Shown here: positions 12,950-28,451 of the stretch, piece by piece
Layout of the letters: every line of letters begins with the position of its first letter
How positions within the stretch are numbered: position 1 is the stretch's first letter
Origin: Anaeramoeba ignava BMAN
Lineage: Eukaryota; Protista; Anaeramoebae
DNA: 64,000 bases
NCBI GenBank assembly: GCA_028826165.1
Contig: JAPDFW010000116.1
Coordinates: forward strand, 113,392 to 177,391
Reading direction: 5' to 3'
Position numbers and translations under genes: made by a program
Notes under the pieces: model-generated
The model's database searches: none
What the model was told of the DNA's origin: nothing
The model's input: only the letters and a program-made list of their open reading frames with translations

Positions 12950-15092
12950 ATAATTATTGATCAATTCTTAAATAATTTAATTTCAAAATTGCTTTAAAAA
13001 ATAAATTAAAAAATTAAGGGATAATTTTTTTAGATCAATTAAAAATCTTTTTTTTGGAAATTAATTTAATTTAAGATTATTTATGAAATAATTTAATTTA
13101 AATATTTTATATTAAATTATTGATAAATTCTTAAATAATTTAATTCAAAATTGCTTTAAAAAATAAATTAAAAAATTTTTAAATAATTTTTTTAAATCAA
13201 TTAAAAATCTTTTTTTTGAAATTAATTTAATTTAAGATTATTTATAAAATAATTTAATTTAAATATTTTATATTAAATTATTGATAAATTCTTAAATAAT
13301 TTAATTTGAAATTGCTTTTAAAAATAAATTAAAAATTAATTTTAAATAATTTTTAAAATCAATTAAAAATCTTTTTGGAAATTAATTTAATTTAAGATTA
13401 TTTATAAAATATTTTAATTTAAATATTTTATATTAAATTATTGATAAATTCTTAAATAATTTAATTCAAAATTTCTTTTAAAAATAAATTAAAAATTTTT
13501 AAATAATTTTTTTAAATCAATTAAAAATCTTTTTGGAAATTAATTTAATTTAAGATTATTTATAAAATATTTTAATTTAAATATTTTATATTAAATTATT
13601 GATAAATTCTTAAATAATTCAATTTTAAATTTCTTTTAAAAATAAATTAAAAATTTTTAAATAATCTTTTTAAATCAATTAAAAATCTTTTTAAATTAAT
13701 TTAATTTAAGATTATTTATAAAATATTTTAGTTTTAAATATTTTATATTAAATTATTGATAAATTCTTAAATAATTTAATTCAAAATTGCTTTAAAAAAT
13801 AAATTAAAAATTTTTAAATAATTTTTTTAAATCAATTAAAAATCTTTTTTTTGGAAATTAATTTAATTTAAGATTATTTATGAAATATTTTAGTTTAAAT
13901 ATTTTATATTAAATTATTGATAAATTCTTAAATAATTTAATTCAAAATTTCTTTAAAAAATAAATTAAAAAATTTTTAAATAATTTTTTTAAATCAATTA
14001 AAAATCTTTTTTTTGGAAATTAATTTAATTTAAGATTATTTATGAAATATTTTAATTTAAATATTTTATATTAAATTATTTATCAATTCTTAAATAATTC
14101 AATTCAAAATTGTTTTTAAAAATAAATTAAAAATTTTTAAATAATCTTTTTAAATCAATTAAAAATCTTTTTTTTGGAAATTAATTTAATTTAAGATTAT
14201 TTATAAAATAATTTAGTTTAAATATTTTATATTAAATTATTGATAAATTCTTAAATAATTCAATTCAAAATTGCTTTAAAAATAAATTAAAAATTTTTAA
14301 ATAATTTTTTTTAAATCAATTAAAAATCTTTTTGGAAATTAATTTAATTTAAGATTATTTATAAAATATTTTAGTTTAAATATTTTATATTAAATTATTG
14401 ATAAATTCTTAAATAATTAATTCAATTCAAAATTTTTGCTTTAAAAATAAATTAAATAATTTTTAAAATAATTTTTAAATCAATTAAAATCTTTTTAAAT
14501 TAATTTAATTTAAGATTATTTATAAAATAATCTTTTTAATTTAAATAATATTTTTATATTAAATTATTTATAAATTCTTAAATAATTCAATTCAAAATCA
14601 AAATTGTTTTAAAAATAAATTAAAAATTTTTAAATAATTTTTAAATCAATTAAAAATCTTTTTGGAAATTAATTTAATTTAAGATTATTTATAAAATATT
14701 TTAATTTAAATATTTTATATTAAATTATTGATAAATTCTTAAATAATTTAATTCAAAATTGCTTTAAAAAATAAATTAAAAAATTTTTAAATAATCTTTT
14801 TAAATCAATTAAAAATCTTTTTTTTTAAATTAATTTAATTTAAGATTATTTATAAAATATTTTAATTTAATTATTTTATATTAAATTATTGATAAATTCT
14901 TAAATAATTTAATTTGAAATTGCTTTAAAAAATAAATTAAAAAATTTTTAAATAATTTTTTTAAATCAATTAAAAATCTTTTTTTTAAATTAATTTAATT
15001 TAAGATTATTTATGAAATATTTTAGTTTAAATATTTTATATTAAATTATTGATAAATTCTTAAATAATTTAATTTGAAATTGCTTTAAAAAA
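12950..15092. repeat. intergenic satellite, ~160-bp unit, ~13 copies
   Basis: aagattattt recurs near 13074, 13234, 13393, 13552, 13708 ... 15002. Confidence 0.9.
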
Positions 15093-15137
15093 TTTGATTG
15101 AGATTTATTGTTTGTTGAAAAGAAAAAAAATGATTAT

Positions 15138-15710
15138 TTAAAGAATGAGTTTATTTTCCTTTAGCAAAGTAAGAGGATCAAAAAGAGCAAAATCAGCTTG
15201 ATGAACCAAAACAGCTTCAATAACTTTTGGTCTTCCATCACCTTCTTTAGAATGACAAGCGATAATATTAAGGATTTCTTGAGGAATACCAACTTGAGCA
15301 GCAAGAACAGTTCCACTAATAGGATGTCTAATACAATTACCATTTCGACTTTTTTGATAAACTTGATCCACTTTTTCAATTTCAAGTAATTTGCCAACAT
15401 CATGAAGAATTCCGCCGGCAATCAAACGATCCATGTCAATTTTATAAGGCATTTCTTTATAAGATTGTAATTGTGCTTTTGCCAGTCCAATTGCTCCTTC
15501 TGTGACAGCTATTGTGTGCTCAATGAAATTTATTCCTTTTGTATCTGTTATTAATGTAAATGGCATCTTTTCTAAATCTTCGATTGTTTTCCATCCTCCT
15601 TGTTCACATCCAAGTAGCCACGCTTCAACTACTTTTTCCGCTAATTTTGCATCTTTGATTTGATCGAGTTGCGCTTTGAAAAGTGTTTGGATTGATTCTT
15701 TTGAAATCAT
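15138..15710 (-). CDS. HD-domain (HDIG-like) metal-dependent phosphohydrolase, intronless, prokaryote-like
   Basis: FIEHT..V, LIAGGILHDVGKLLE, RHPISG, IIACHS, EAVLVHQAD motifs. Confidence 0.88.
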   Translation of the reverse strand: MISKESIQTLFKAQLDQIKDAKLAEKVVEAWLLGCEQGGWKTIEDLEKMPFTLITDTKGINFIEHTIAVTEGAIGLAKAQLQSYKEMPYKIDMDRLIAGGILHDVGKLLEIEKVDQVYQKSRNGNCIRHPISGTVLAAQVGIPQEILNIIACHSKEGDGRPKVIEAVLVHQADFALFDPLTLLKENKLIL

Positions 15711-15923
15711 TTGAAAGAAAAAATGAAAAAATTTTTTTCTTTTTCTTTTTTTTTTTAAATTGAATTGAATTGAATTTATTTATTGTGACTTTTTTTTTAA
15801 ATTGGAAAATTTAAATTGGAAAATTGAATTGAATTGAATTGAATTGAATTTTAAAAAAAAAAAAGCAAAAAAAAAAAGTGGAATTTTGAAAGAAAAAAAT
15901 TTTTTTTCTCTTTTTTTTTTTGA

Positions 15924-18344
<2,421 letters not shown>

Positions 18345-18508
18345 TTTAATTTTAATTTTAATTTTAATTTTAATTAATTAATTTTTTGTGTTTTTGTTTT
18401 ATTAAAAATTTTTTGTATTTTTTTATTTTTTTTAAATTTGAAAAAAGAAAAAAATGAAAAAAATATTTTTTAAATTTTTTAAATTAAAATTTTTTATTTT
18501 ATTTTTTT

Positions 18509-19367
18509 TTATAAATCAATTAATTTAAAATTTTTTTCATATATTTTTTGACGACATTGAGGACATGTTTTATCACTTGAAATTTTAATCCAATTTTTAA
18601 TGCAAGAATAACAAAAAATATGACCACAATCAACAATAGTTGGTTTATCAAAATCATCAAGACAAATAGAACATTTTAATTCTTGTTGTTGTTCTTCTTG
18701 TTGTTCTTCTTGTTTTTTTGAATTTATTTCATTTCCTTCTTTTTTTCTTGTTTCTTTTCCATTTTTTTCATTTTCTTCTTCTTTTTTTTTCTTATTTTTT
18801 GATCCATATTTTTGTTGTCTTTTTATTTTTTTTCTTTCTTGTTTATAAATCTTTCTGTATTCTGGATTTCTTTCTATTGTTAATCTTGCTTTTTGTAAAT
18901 CTAAATTTTCTTCATTTGTTTCATCTTGTTTTCTTTTTGTTTTATTATTCTTTTTATTCTTATTTTGATTTATTTTTATTGTTAAATCAATTATATCACT
19001 TGAATATTCTTTTCCATTTTTTAAATTTTAATTTTAATATTAATTTTAATATTAATTTTAATATTAATTTTAATATTAATTTTAATATTAATATTAATTT
19101 TAATTTTAATTTTAATTTTAATTTTAATTTTAATTTTAATTTTAATTTTAAATTTTAATTTTAATTTTAATTTTAATTTTAATTTTAATTTTAATTATAA
19201 TTTTAAATTTTAATTTTAATTATAATTTTAAATTTTAATTTTAATTATAAATTTTAAAAATTTTAATTTTAATTTTAATTTTAATTTTAATTTTGATTTT
19301 AATTTTAATTTTAATTTTAATTTTAATTTTTATAAAATTTACCAGTTTCAGATTCTGAATCTAACAT
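18509..19367 (-). CDS. RING (C3HC4) E3 ligase with an N-terminal SIM-like motif (RNF4/STUbL-like), 2 exons
   Basis: MLDSESET|EYSSDIIDLT, K-rich linker, CSICLDDFDKPTIVDCGHIFCYSCIKNW...CPQCR. Confidence 0.75.
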
Positions 19368-19480
19368 ATTTTAAATAATAAATTAAATGAAAAAAAAAAT
19401 ATGAAAAAAATGAAAAAAATGAATTTTTTAATTTCAAAAATTATTTTTAATTTTTTATTTTAAATTTTAAATTTTTTATT

Positions 19481-22180
19481 TTAAATTTTTTGGATTGAAG
19501 GTATATTTGTTATTTGATTTAATCCTGAATATAATTCTCCATTCATTTCCCAAATTTGAAGTATATTTCCAAATGAAACACTTGCAATAACAAATGGAAT
19601 ATTTTCATTCCATGAAAATTCTCTAACTGTATCTGTATGTCCATTATGTTGAAACTATTTTAAATATAGATCAATTATTTAAATATTAATTAAATATTTA
19701 AATATAAATTAATTATTTAAATATAAATCAATTATTTAAATATAAATTAAATATTTAAATATAAATCAATTATTTAAATATAAATTAAATATTTAAATAT
19801 AAATTAAATATTTAAATATAAATTAATTATTTAAATATAAAATAATTATTTAAATATAAACTAAATATTTAAATATAAATCAAATATTTAAATATAAATC
19901 AATTATTTAAATATAAAATAATTATTTAAATATAAATTAAACATTTAAATATAAATCAAATATTTAAATATAAATCACAAACCAAAATTGGATGATTTTG
20001 ATTTGAAAGATCCCAAAGAATAACAACATTATCATCACCACAACTTCCAAGAACTGATGGATTTAAAGGATTCCAACTTAAAACAAAAACTCCATTTGAA
20101 TGTCCTTTTAATTTTCTTAAAGGTTGTGATAAATTTCTAACATCCCAAATATGAATATTCTTTTATTTATTTATTTATTTATTAAATATTAATTAATAAA
20201 TATTAAATATTAAATCAAATTTTAAATACTGTATCACTTGAACCAGTTGCAAATAATTCTGAAAAAATTGGATTAAATGATAAACAATTAGTTTCTTCAG
20301 AATGTGCTTGTAAAGAAATTGTTGGTTCTTTTGTTCTTGTATCAAATAAATAAAAATTTCCATTATCACATGCTGCTCCAAAATAATTTTCATCTCTTGG
20401 ATGCCATGATGCATCCTTATTTCATTTATTATTCAATATTTATTAATTATTATTCAATTTGATTTTGATTTTGATTTTGATTTTGATTTTTAATTTTTAT
20501 TTTGATTTTGATTTTGATTTTGATTTTGATTTTGATTTTGATTTTAATTTTTTGATTTTGATTTTTGAATTTGATTTTTTGATTTTGATTTTGATTTTGA
20601 TTTTGATTTTTGATTTTTGATTTTGATTTTTTGATTTTGATTTTGATTTTGATTTTTACTCCAATTTTATTTGGTAATTTATATGAGAAAAGTTTATTTT
20701 GATTTTCTATATTCCAAGTTCTAACATATTGATCAAATGATCCACTTAAAATATTTCCTTTAATATGATTTGACCAACTTAATCCATATCTATTTTTAAT
20801 TTATTTATTTAATTATTTATTTATTGGAAATAATAATAATATTAATATTATTATTGTTATAAAAATTACCCTTCTTCAGTTTGACCTTCTAATTTTATCG
20901 GTTTTTCTTTAGGTTGTTTTGAATTATAAACCCAAACAGCTTCTGATGATATAACTGCAATTAAATCTGAATTTTGTGGCATATATCTTGCTCTTTAATT
21001 TATAATTATTAATTTAAAGAAAATTTTAGAAAAATTTTGTTCTTTTCAATAAATTTATACCTATTGATTTCTGTTGGATGAAACATTCTTGAAATAACTT
21101 TAATAGGTTTTGTTTCAATTCCTCCTAAATTTCCAAAAGCTATTTTTCAAATGAATATTTATATTTATATTTATATTATATTTATATTTATATTTATATT
21201 AAGATTTATATTTATATTTATATTTATATTTATATTTATATTTATAATTATATTTATATTTATATTTATATTTATATTTATATTTATATTTATATTTATA
21301 TTTTTTTATTTATATATTTATATTTATATTTATATTATATTTTATTTTTATATTTATATTTATATTTATATTTATATTTATATTTATATTTATATTTATT
21401 TATATTTATATTTATATTTATATTTATATTTATATTTTATATTTATATTTATATTTATATTTATATTTATAATTATATTTATATTTATATTTATATTTAT
21501 ATTTATATTTATAATTATATTTAGATTTTATATATTTATATTTATATTTATATTAAGATTTATATTTATATTTATATTTATATTTATATTTATATTTATA
21601 TTTATATTTATATTTTAAATATTTATATTTATATTTTAAATATTTATATTTATATTTATATTTTAAATAAGATTATTCTCAAAAAATTATATACATCCAT
21701 CTGTTTTATATGTTGAAGAATCAATAACTGCATCATCTAAAGGTATTTCAAGTTCAACAACTTGTAAATAATCTCGACTTTTTCTTTCTGTAAATGTTGC
21801 TAAAATTAATCTTTGTTTAAGAAAATTATCTGTTGTTCTTTTTAAAATTTAATTTAAAATTTGAATTTGAATTTGAATTTGAATTTAATGTTTTCGTTAA
21901 AATTGTTTTTAATTCATTTTTCTTTTTCTAAAAAAAAAAAAGAAATTAATTAAATTTAATAATAATTTTATATAAACTTTTCTTGATATGGAAGCCATTG
22001 AACTGTTAATGATTGAAAAGAAAGAGGAATTGTATAAATAAAATCATAATAAATTGGACAATAATCTTTCCAAATTTGATGTTCTAAAATATCTTTTTAT
22101 TTTTATTTATTTATTTTAATTAAAATTATTTTGTTAAAATTTTTTCTAATTAAAAATAAAAAATAAATCTAACTTGTCAT
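19481..22180 (-). CDS. RBBP4/MSI1 (CAF-1 subunit C)-like WD40 histone-binding protein, multi-exon
   Basis: QIWKDYCPIYYDFI...SLTVQWLP (H4-binding region), EINRARYMPQ, GYGLSWS, GHTDTVREFSWN, LQIWEM. Confidence 0.85.
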
Positions 22181-22819
22181 TTAATTTAATTTAATTTAAA
22201 AAATTTCAATTTGGAAAATTAAAAAAAAAATGAAAAAAATGATTTTTATTTTTATTATTTTTTTTTCCATTTTTCAATTTAAAAATATTTAAAAAGTTAT
22301 TTAATCATTTTAATTTAAATAAAATACTTTAAAATATAACAAATAAACAAACAAATATAAATTAAAAATTATTTCAAAAAAATTAATTTAAATTCAAAAA
22401 TAAAAAATTAAAATTTTTTTTTGATAAATTTTATAATAGAAAAAAAAAGGAAAATGAAAAAAAGAAAATAGTTAAATTCGTTATTAAAAAAAATAAAGAA
22501 ATGAATCTAAATTTAATTATTAATCATTTCAAAAGAAATTCTCTTTATTTTACAATTATAATCAATTCAACAAAAAAAACAATTTAATTTATTTTAGTTT
22601 ATTTTAATTTGGAAAAGGAATTAAATTTAAATCAATTCCACAAATAAATTGGAAATAAAATCATTTTTATATTTAAATTCAATTAAATTCAATTCAATTT
22701 AATTTAGAAAAGGAATTAAATTTAAATCAATTTCACAAATAAATTGGAAATAAAATCATTTTTATATTTAAATTGAAGATTAAATTCAATTCAATTTAAT
22801 TTGATTTGATTTGATTTGA

Positions 22820-23030
22820 TTTGATTTGAATAAATCCAATATTCAAATATTTGAAATGATTTATTACTTAATTCACTATAATCTCTAACTTTATTAGAAG
22901 TATCTTTTGTTACAGATAAAAACATTCCTCGATATAATTTACTTCTCATTATTAATATTAATTTTGGAAATTTATATTGTTTTTCTTTTCTTTCAATTAT
23001 AAAATCTTTTTCATTTTCATTTAAATAAGA
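22820..23030 (-). pseudogene. BTB-domain gene fragment truncated by the satellite array
   Basis: Minus frame reads YLNENEKDFIIERKEKQYKFPKLILIMRSKLYRGMFLSVTKDTSNKVRDYSELSNKSFQIFEYWIYSNQIK; no start codon, 5' side abuts the 143-bp array. Confidence 0.75.
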
Positions 23031-24730
23031 AGAATAGATTTAATTTAATATTTAATTTAATATTTAATTTATAAATATAATTTAATATTTAATTTTATTA
23101 TTAAAATATTAATTTATTGTTTTAGATTTAAATATTTTATTATTTAAATATTTAACATATAAATATAAAAAATAAGAATAGATTTGATTTAATATTTAAT
23201 TAATAAATTAATTTAAAAATATAATTTAATATTTAATTTTATTATTAAAATAATAATTTATTGTTTTAGATTTAAATATTTTATTATTTAAATATTTAAC
23301 ATATAAATATAAAAATAAGAATAGATTTAATTTAATATTTAATTTATAAATTAATTTAAAAATATAATTTAATATTTAATTTTATGTTTAAAATAATAAT
23401 TTAATGTTTTAGATTTAAATATTTTATTATTTAAATATTTAACATATAAATATAAAAATAAGAATAGATTTAATTTAATATTTAATTTTTAAATTAATTT
23501 AAAAATATAATTTAATATTTAATTTTATTATTAAAATAATAATTTATTGTTTTAGATTTAAATATTTTATTATTTAAATATTTAACATAAAAATATAAAA
23601 ATGAAAATAGATTTAATTTAATATTTAATTTATAAATTAATTTAAAAATATAATTTAATATTTAATTTTATGTTTTAAAATAATAATTTAATGTTTTTAG
23701 ATTTAAATATTTTATTATTTAAATATTTAACATATAAATATAAAAATAAGAATAGATTTAATTTAATATTTAATTTATAAATTAATTTAAAAATATAATT
23801 TAATATTTAATTCTATGTTTAAAATAATAATTTATTGTTTTAGATTTAAATATTTTATTATTTAAATATTTAACATATAAATATAAAAATAAGAATAGAT
23901 TTAATTTAATATTTAATTTATAAATTAATTTAAAAATATAATTTAATATTAATTTTTATTATTAAAATATTAATTTATTGTTTTTAGATTTAAATATTTT
24001 ATTATTTAAATATTTAACATATAAATATAAAAAATAAGAATAGATTTAATTTAATATTTAATTTATAAATTAATTTAAAAATATAATTTAATATTTAATT
24101 TTATTATTAAAATAATAATTTAATGTTTTAGATTTAAATATTTTATTATTTTAAATATTTAACATATAAATATAAAAATGAAAATAAGTTTAATTTAATA
24201 TCTAATTTATAAATTAATTTAAAAATATAATTTAATATTTAATTTTTGTGTTTAAAATAATAATTTATTGTTTTAAATTTAAATATTTTATTATTTAAAT
24301 ATTTAACATAAAAATATAAAAATAAGAATAGATTTAATTTAATATTTAATTTATAAATTAATTTAAAAATATAATTTAATATTTAATTTTATTATTAAAA
24401 TAATAATTTATTGTTTTAGATTTAAATATTTTATTATTTAAATATTTAACATATAAATATCAAAAATGAAAATAAGTTTAATTTAATATCTAATTTATAA
24501 ATTAATTTAAAAATATAATTTAATATTTAATTTTGTGTTTAAAATAATAATTTATTGTTTTAAATTTAAATATTTTATTATTTAAATATTTAACATAAAA
24601 ATATAAAAATGAGAATAGATTTAATTTAATATTTAATTTATAAATTAATTTAAAAATATAATTTAATATTTAATTTTATGTTTAAAATAATAATTTATTG
24701 TTTTAAATTTAAATATTTTATTATTTAAAA
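23031..24730. repeat. ~143-bp satellite array 1 (~12 copies), upstream of BTB-TLDc gene 1
   Basis: agaatagattt recurs near 23031, 23175, 23318, 23461 ... Confidence 0.92.
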
Positions 24731-25113
24731 ATATTTTGAAAATTGATTTTTGAAATTAAAATTTTATCTTTTTGAATTAAATTGAATTAATATTAATTTG
24801 GAAATTTGTTTTAAAATTTAAATTTATTAATAATTTTTAAATTCCAAAAAAAAATTAAATTAAAAATTAAATTAAAATAATTTTCCTTTTTTTAATAATA
24901 AAAATAATAAAAATAATAATAATTTATTAATAAATTAATTTAAAATAATAAATTAAAAGAAAATTAAATTAATTATTAATTTAAATTTATTCTCATTTTT
25001 ATATTTTTATTTATTTTCAAAATCCACTTTTTATTTATTTTTTTTTTCATTTTTTTCATTTTTTCCTTTTTTTAAACAAAAAACAAAAAACACAAACAAA
25101 CAACAAAAACAAA

Positions 25114-27494
25114 ATGGATAATAAAAATAATAATAACCAAATTGAAAATGCAAATCAAAATCAAAATGAAAATGAAATGAAAAATTTAGAAAAAAAAGTA
25201 ACAAAAAATTTAATTAAAGATTATTTAAACCTTTTAAATAGAAATTCATTTAAAGATTTTTCAATTTTTGTTGAGAATAAATCAAATCCTTTTGAAATTA
25301 AAGTTCATAAATCAATTTTATCTTCAAGATCTCCTTTTTTTAATGATTTTTAAGGCAAGAATCTCTTTCTATTTCTTTAAATCAATTTAATAAAAAAGAA
25401 ATGGAATCAATTTTGAGTTATATTTATTATGGAAATATTTCTTTTGAGAATCAAGAAAATCTTATTCAATTATTAGAAATTTCAATTTATTTTAAATTAA
25501 ATTTATTGAAAGAAATTATTCAAAAAAAAATTTTAAATTCAATTAATTATTCAAATTTTTTCCAATTTTTATTCCAAAATCGAAATTTAAATTCAAATGA
25601 AATTGAAATAAAATGTTTTGAATTAATAAATCAAAATTTTTCCCAAATTCAGAATAATGAGAATTTATTCAATTTAACTAAAGAAGAAATTATCAAATTT
25701 ATTCAATTTAAACAAGAAAAAAAAGAAATTTTTCAATTTGATTTTTTTCAATTTTTAAATAATTGGATTGAAAAAAGAAATCAAAGATTAAAATTAAGGA
25801 AATATAAACACAAAATGAATGCAAAGAAAAGATTATTTCATTCTTTTTTTTCATTATTTGATAAAGATTCAATTTCAAAACAAGATTTTGATAAATTAAA
25901 ACAATTTGATATTTTTCTTCCAAATTCTTTTTTAATTCATTTTGAAAGAACTATTTTTGAAATTCAAGATCAAGAAAATCAAACAAAAATCAAAGAAAAA
26001 GAAAAGAAAATTCAAGAAAATGATAAACAAATCAAAGAAAATGAAAAGAAAATTAAAAGAAGAGATAAAAGAATTAAAGAAAATGATAAAAAAATTAAAT
26101 CATTCGAAACAGAAAATCAAAATATGAAATCGGAATTTGAAAAAGAAATTGAAAAGAAAGAAAAAGAAAACGAAAATAAAGAAAAAGAAAAAAAAGAGAT
26201 TCAAGAGAAACTCAAAAAAGAAATTGAAAAGAAAGATAAAATTCTCAAACAAAAAGATGAAGAAATTCAAAATCTTAAATTATCATTTGAGAAAGAAAAA
26301 ATAAAAGAAATTCATAATCAAAATCAAAATCAAAATCAAAACCAAAATCAAAATAAATTATTGAAGATTTTTTCAAATTCAGAAATTATTAAAGATATTG
26401 AATATGTTAAGAAATTACAAGAATGGATAAATGATAATGATTTTTTTTCTAAAATGAAAAAAGGATTTTCAGCAAAAAGAGATGGATTTGATTCTAAAAA
26501 ATGGCATAAAGCAGTTGATGGGAAAGGAAAAACATTAGTTATTATCAAAACAAAAGATAATTTTATTTTTGGAGGATTTACTCAAGTTGGATGGACAAAT
26601 GATAAATCAAAATGGAGAGAAGAAGATAGAAATAGGGATGATGGATATATTCCAGATTCAAATGCATTTATTTTTTCATTAAGAAATAATAAAGGAGATA
26701 GAATACCAGAAAAGTTTACAATTAAACAAGGAGAAGAAAAATATGCAATTGGTTATTATTTAGATTATGGTCCAACTTTTGGAAGTAAATATAAATAATT
26801 TTTATATTTAATAAATATTTATTATTATAATTAAAATTAAATTTAATAAATAATCCAAAATATTAATATAATAAATAATATTATTATTTCAATTTAAAAT
26901 AAAATCAATTTTAAATTAAATTATTATTAATTATTATTAAAATTAATTATTTATCTTTATTAAAATAGTTTGTAAATAAATTATATTTAATAAATATTTA
27001 TTATTATAATTAAAATTAAATTAATAAATAATCCAAAATATTAATATAATAAATAATATTATTATTTAAATTTAAAATAAAATTAATTTTAAATTAAATT
27101 ATTATTAATTATTATTAAAATTAATTATTTATTTTTATTAAAATAGATGGTAAATAATTTATATTTAATAAATATTTATAATTATAATTAAAATTAAATT
27201 TAATAAATAATCCAAAATATTAATATAATAAATAATATCATTATTTCAATTTAAAATAAAATTAATTTAAATTAAATTATTATTAATTATTATTAAAATT
27301 AATTATTTATATTTATTAAAATATTTATAGATGATATTTTCTTAAATTCTAAATTACAACCTGGTTGTTCAAATTTTGGTGAAAGTTATAATCTACCTAA
27401 TGTAATTAAATATGGAACAAATGAAGCTCAAAGTTATTTAGCTGGTTCTTATGATAAATGGGTTGTTGATGAACTTGAAACTTATTTCATTTAA
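25114..27494 (+). CDS. BTB - coiled-coil - TLDc protein, paralogue 1 (exon 25114-26784 with a 1-nt frameshift near 25350; candidate micro-exons 26969-26971 and 27147-27149; last exon 27331-27494)
   Basis: KDFSIFV..VHKSILSSRSPFF (BTB); FSAKRDGF, TLVIIKT..FIFGGFT, NAFIFSL, YGPTFG..D and YLAG..W.V.ELETYF (TLDc). Confidence 0.88.
26785..27330 (+). repeat. tandem array of 3 complete GT..AG introns (~180 nt) separated by 3-nt spacers TTT and ATG
   Basis: aaatag|ttt|gtaaat at 26963-26977 and aaatag|atg|gtaaat at 27141-27155. Confidence 0.9.
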
Positions 27495-28451
27495 AAACTT
27501 TTTTTCATTTTTTTTTCAAAATTCAATTCAATTTTAATTTACTTTCAATAAATTTAAATTCTTTAAATCAATAAATAGGAAACAAATCTAATTTTAAACA
27601 ATTTAATTTTAATTTAAAAATATTATTAAAAAGAAGATTAAATTGAAAAAAAGAAAAATCAAAAAAATAAAAAAATTGAAAACAGAAATTAATAATAATT
27701 AAATGAAATTATTTTGTAAAATATAAAAAAGGAAGAAAATCAATTATAATTTATTATTAATTATTATTAAAATTAATTATTTATCTTTAATAAAATAGTT
27801 GAATTTTAATTTCAATTTAATTTAAATATTGGGAATTGATTTAATTTAATATTTAATTTAAAAATTAATTTAAAAATATAATTTAATATTTAATTTTATG
27901 TTTAAAATAATAATTTAATGTTTTAGATTAAAATATTTTATTATTTAAATATTTAACATATAAATATAAAAATGAAAATAGATTTAATTTAATATTCAAT
28001 TTATAAATTAATTTAAAATATAATTTAATATTTAATTTTATTATTAAAATAATAATTTATTGTTTTAGATTTAAATATTTTATTATTTAAATATTTAACA
28101 TAAAAATATAAAAAATGAAAATAGATTTAATTTAATATTTAATTTATAAATTAATTTAAAAATATAATTTAATATTTAATTTCATTATTAAAATAATAAT
28201 TTATTGTTTTAGATTAAAATATTTTATTATTTAAATATTTAACATATAAATATAAAAAATAAGAATAGATTCAATTTAATATCTAATTTATAAATTAATT
28301 TAAAAATATAATTTAATATTTAATTTTATTATTAAAATAATAATTTAATGTTTTATATTTAAATATTTTATTATTTAAATATTTAACATATAAATATAAA
28401 AAATGAGAATAGATTTAATTTAATATTTAATTTATAAATTAATTTAAAAAT

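Noticed and set aside
25345-25353. BTB-TLDc paralogue 1 as a pseudogene or programmed frameshift
   Set aside because: Adding one T to the T-run restores DFLRQESLSISLNQF; the same homopolymer pattern occurs near 49170, 49635, 61665 and 63440, so assembly error is more likely
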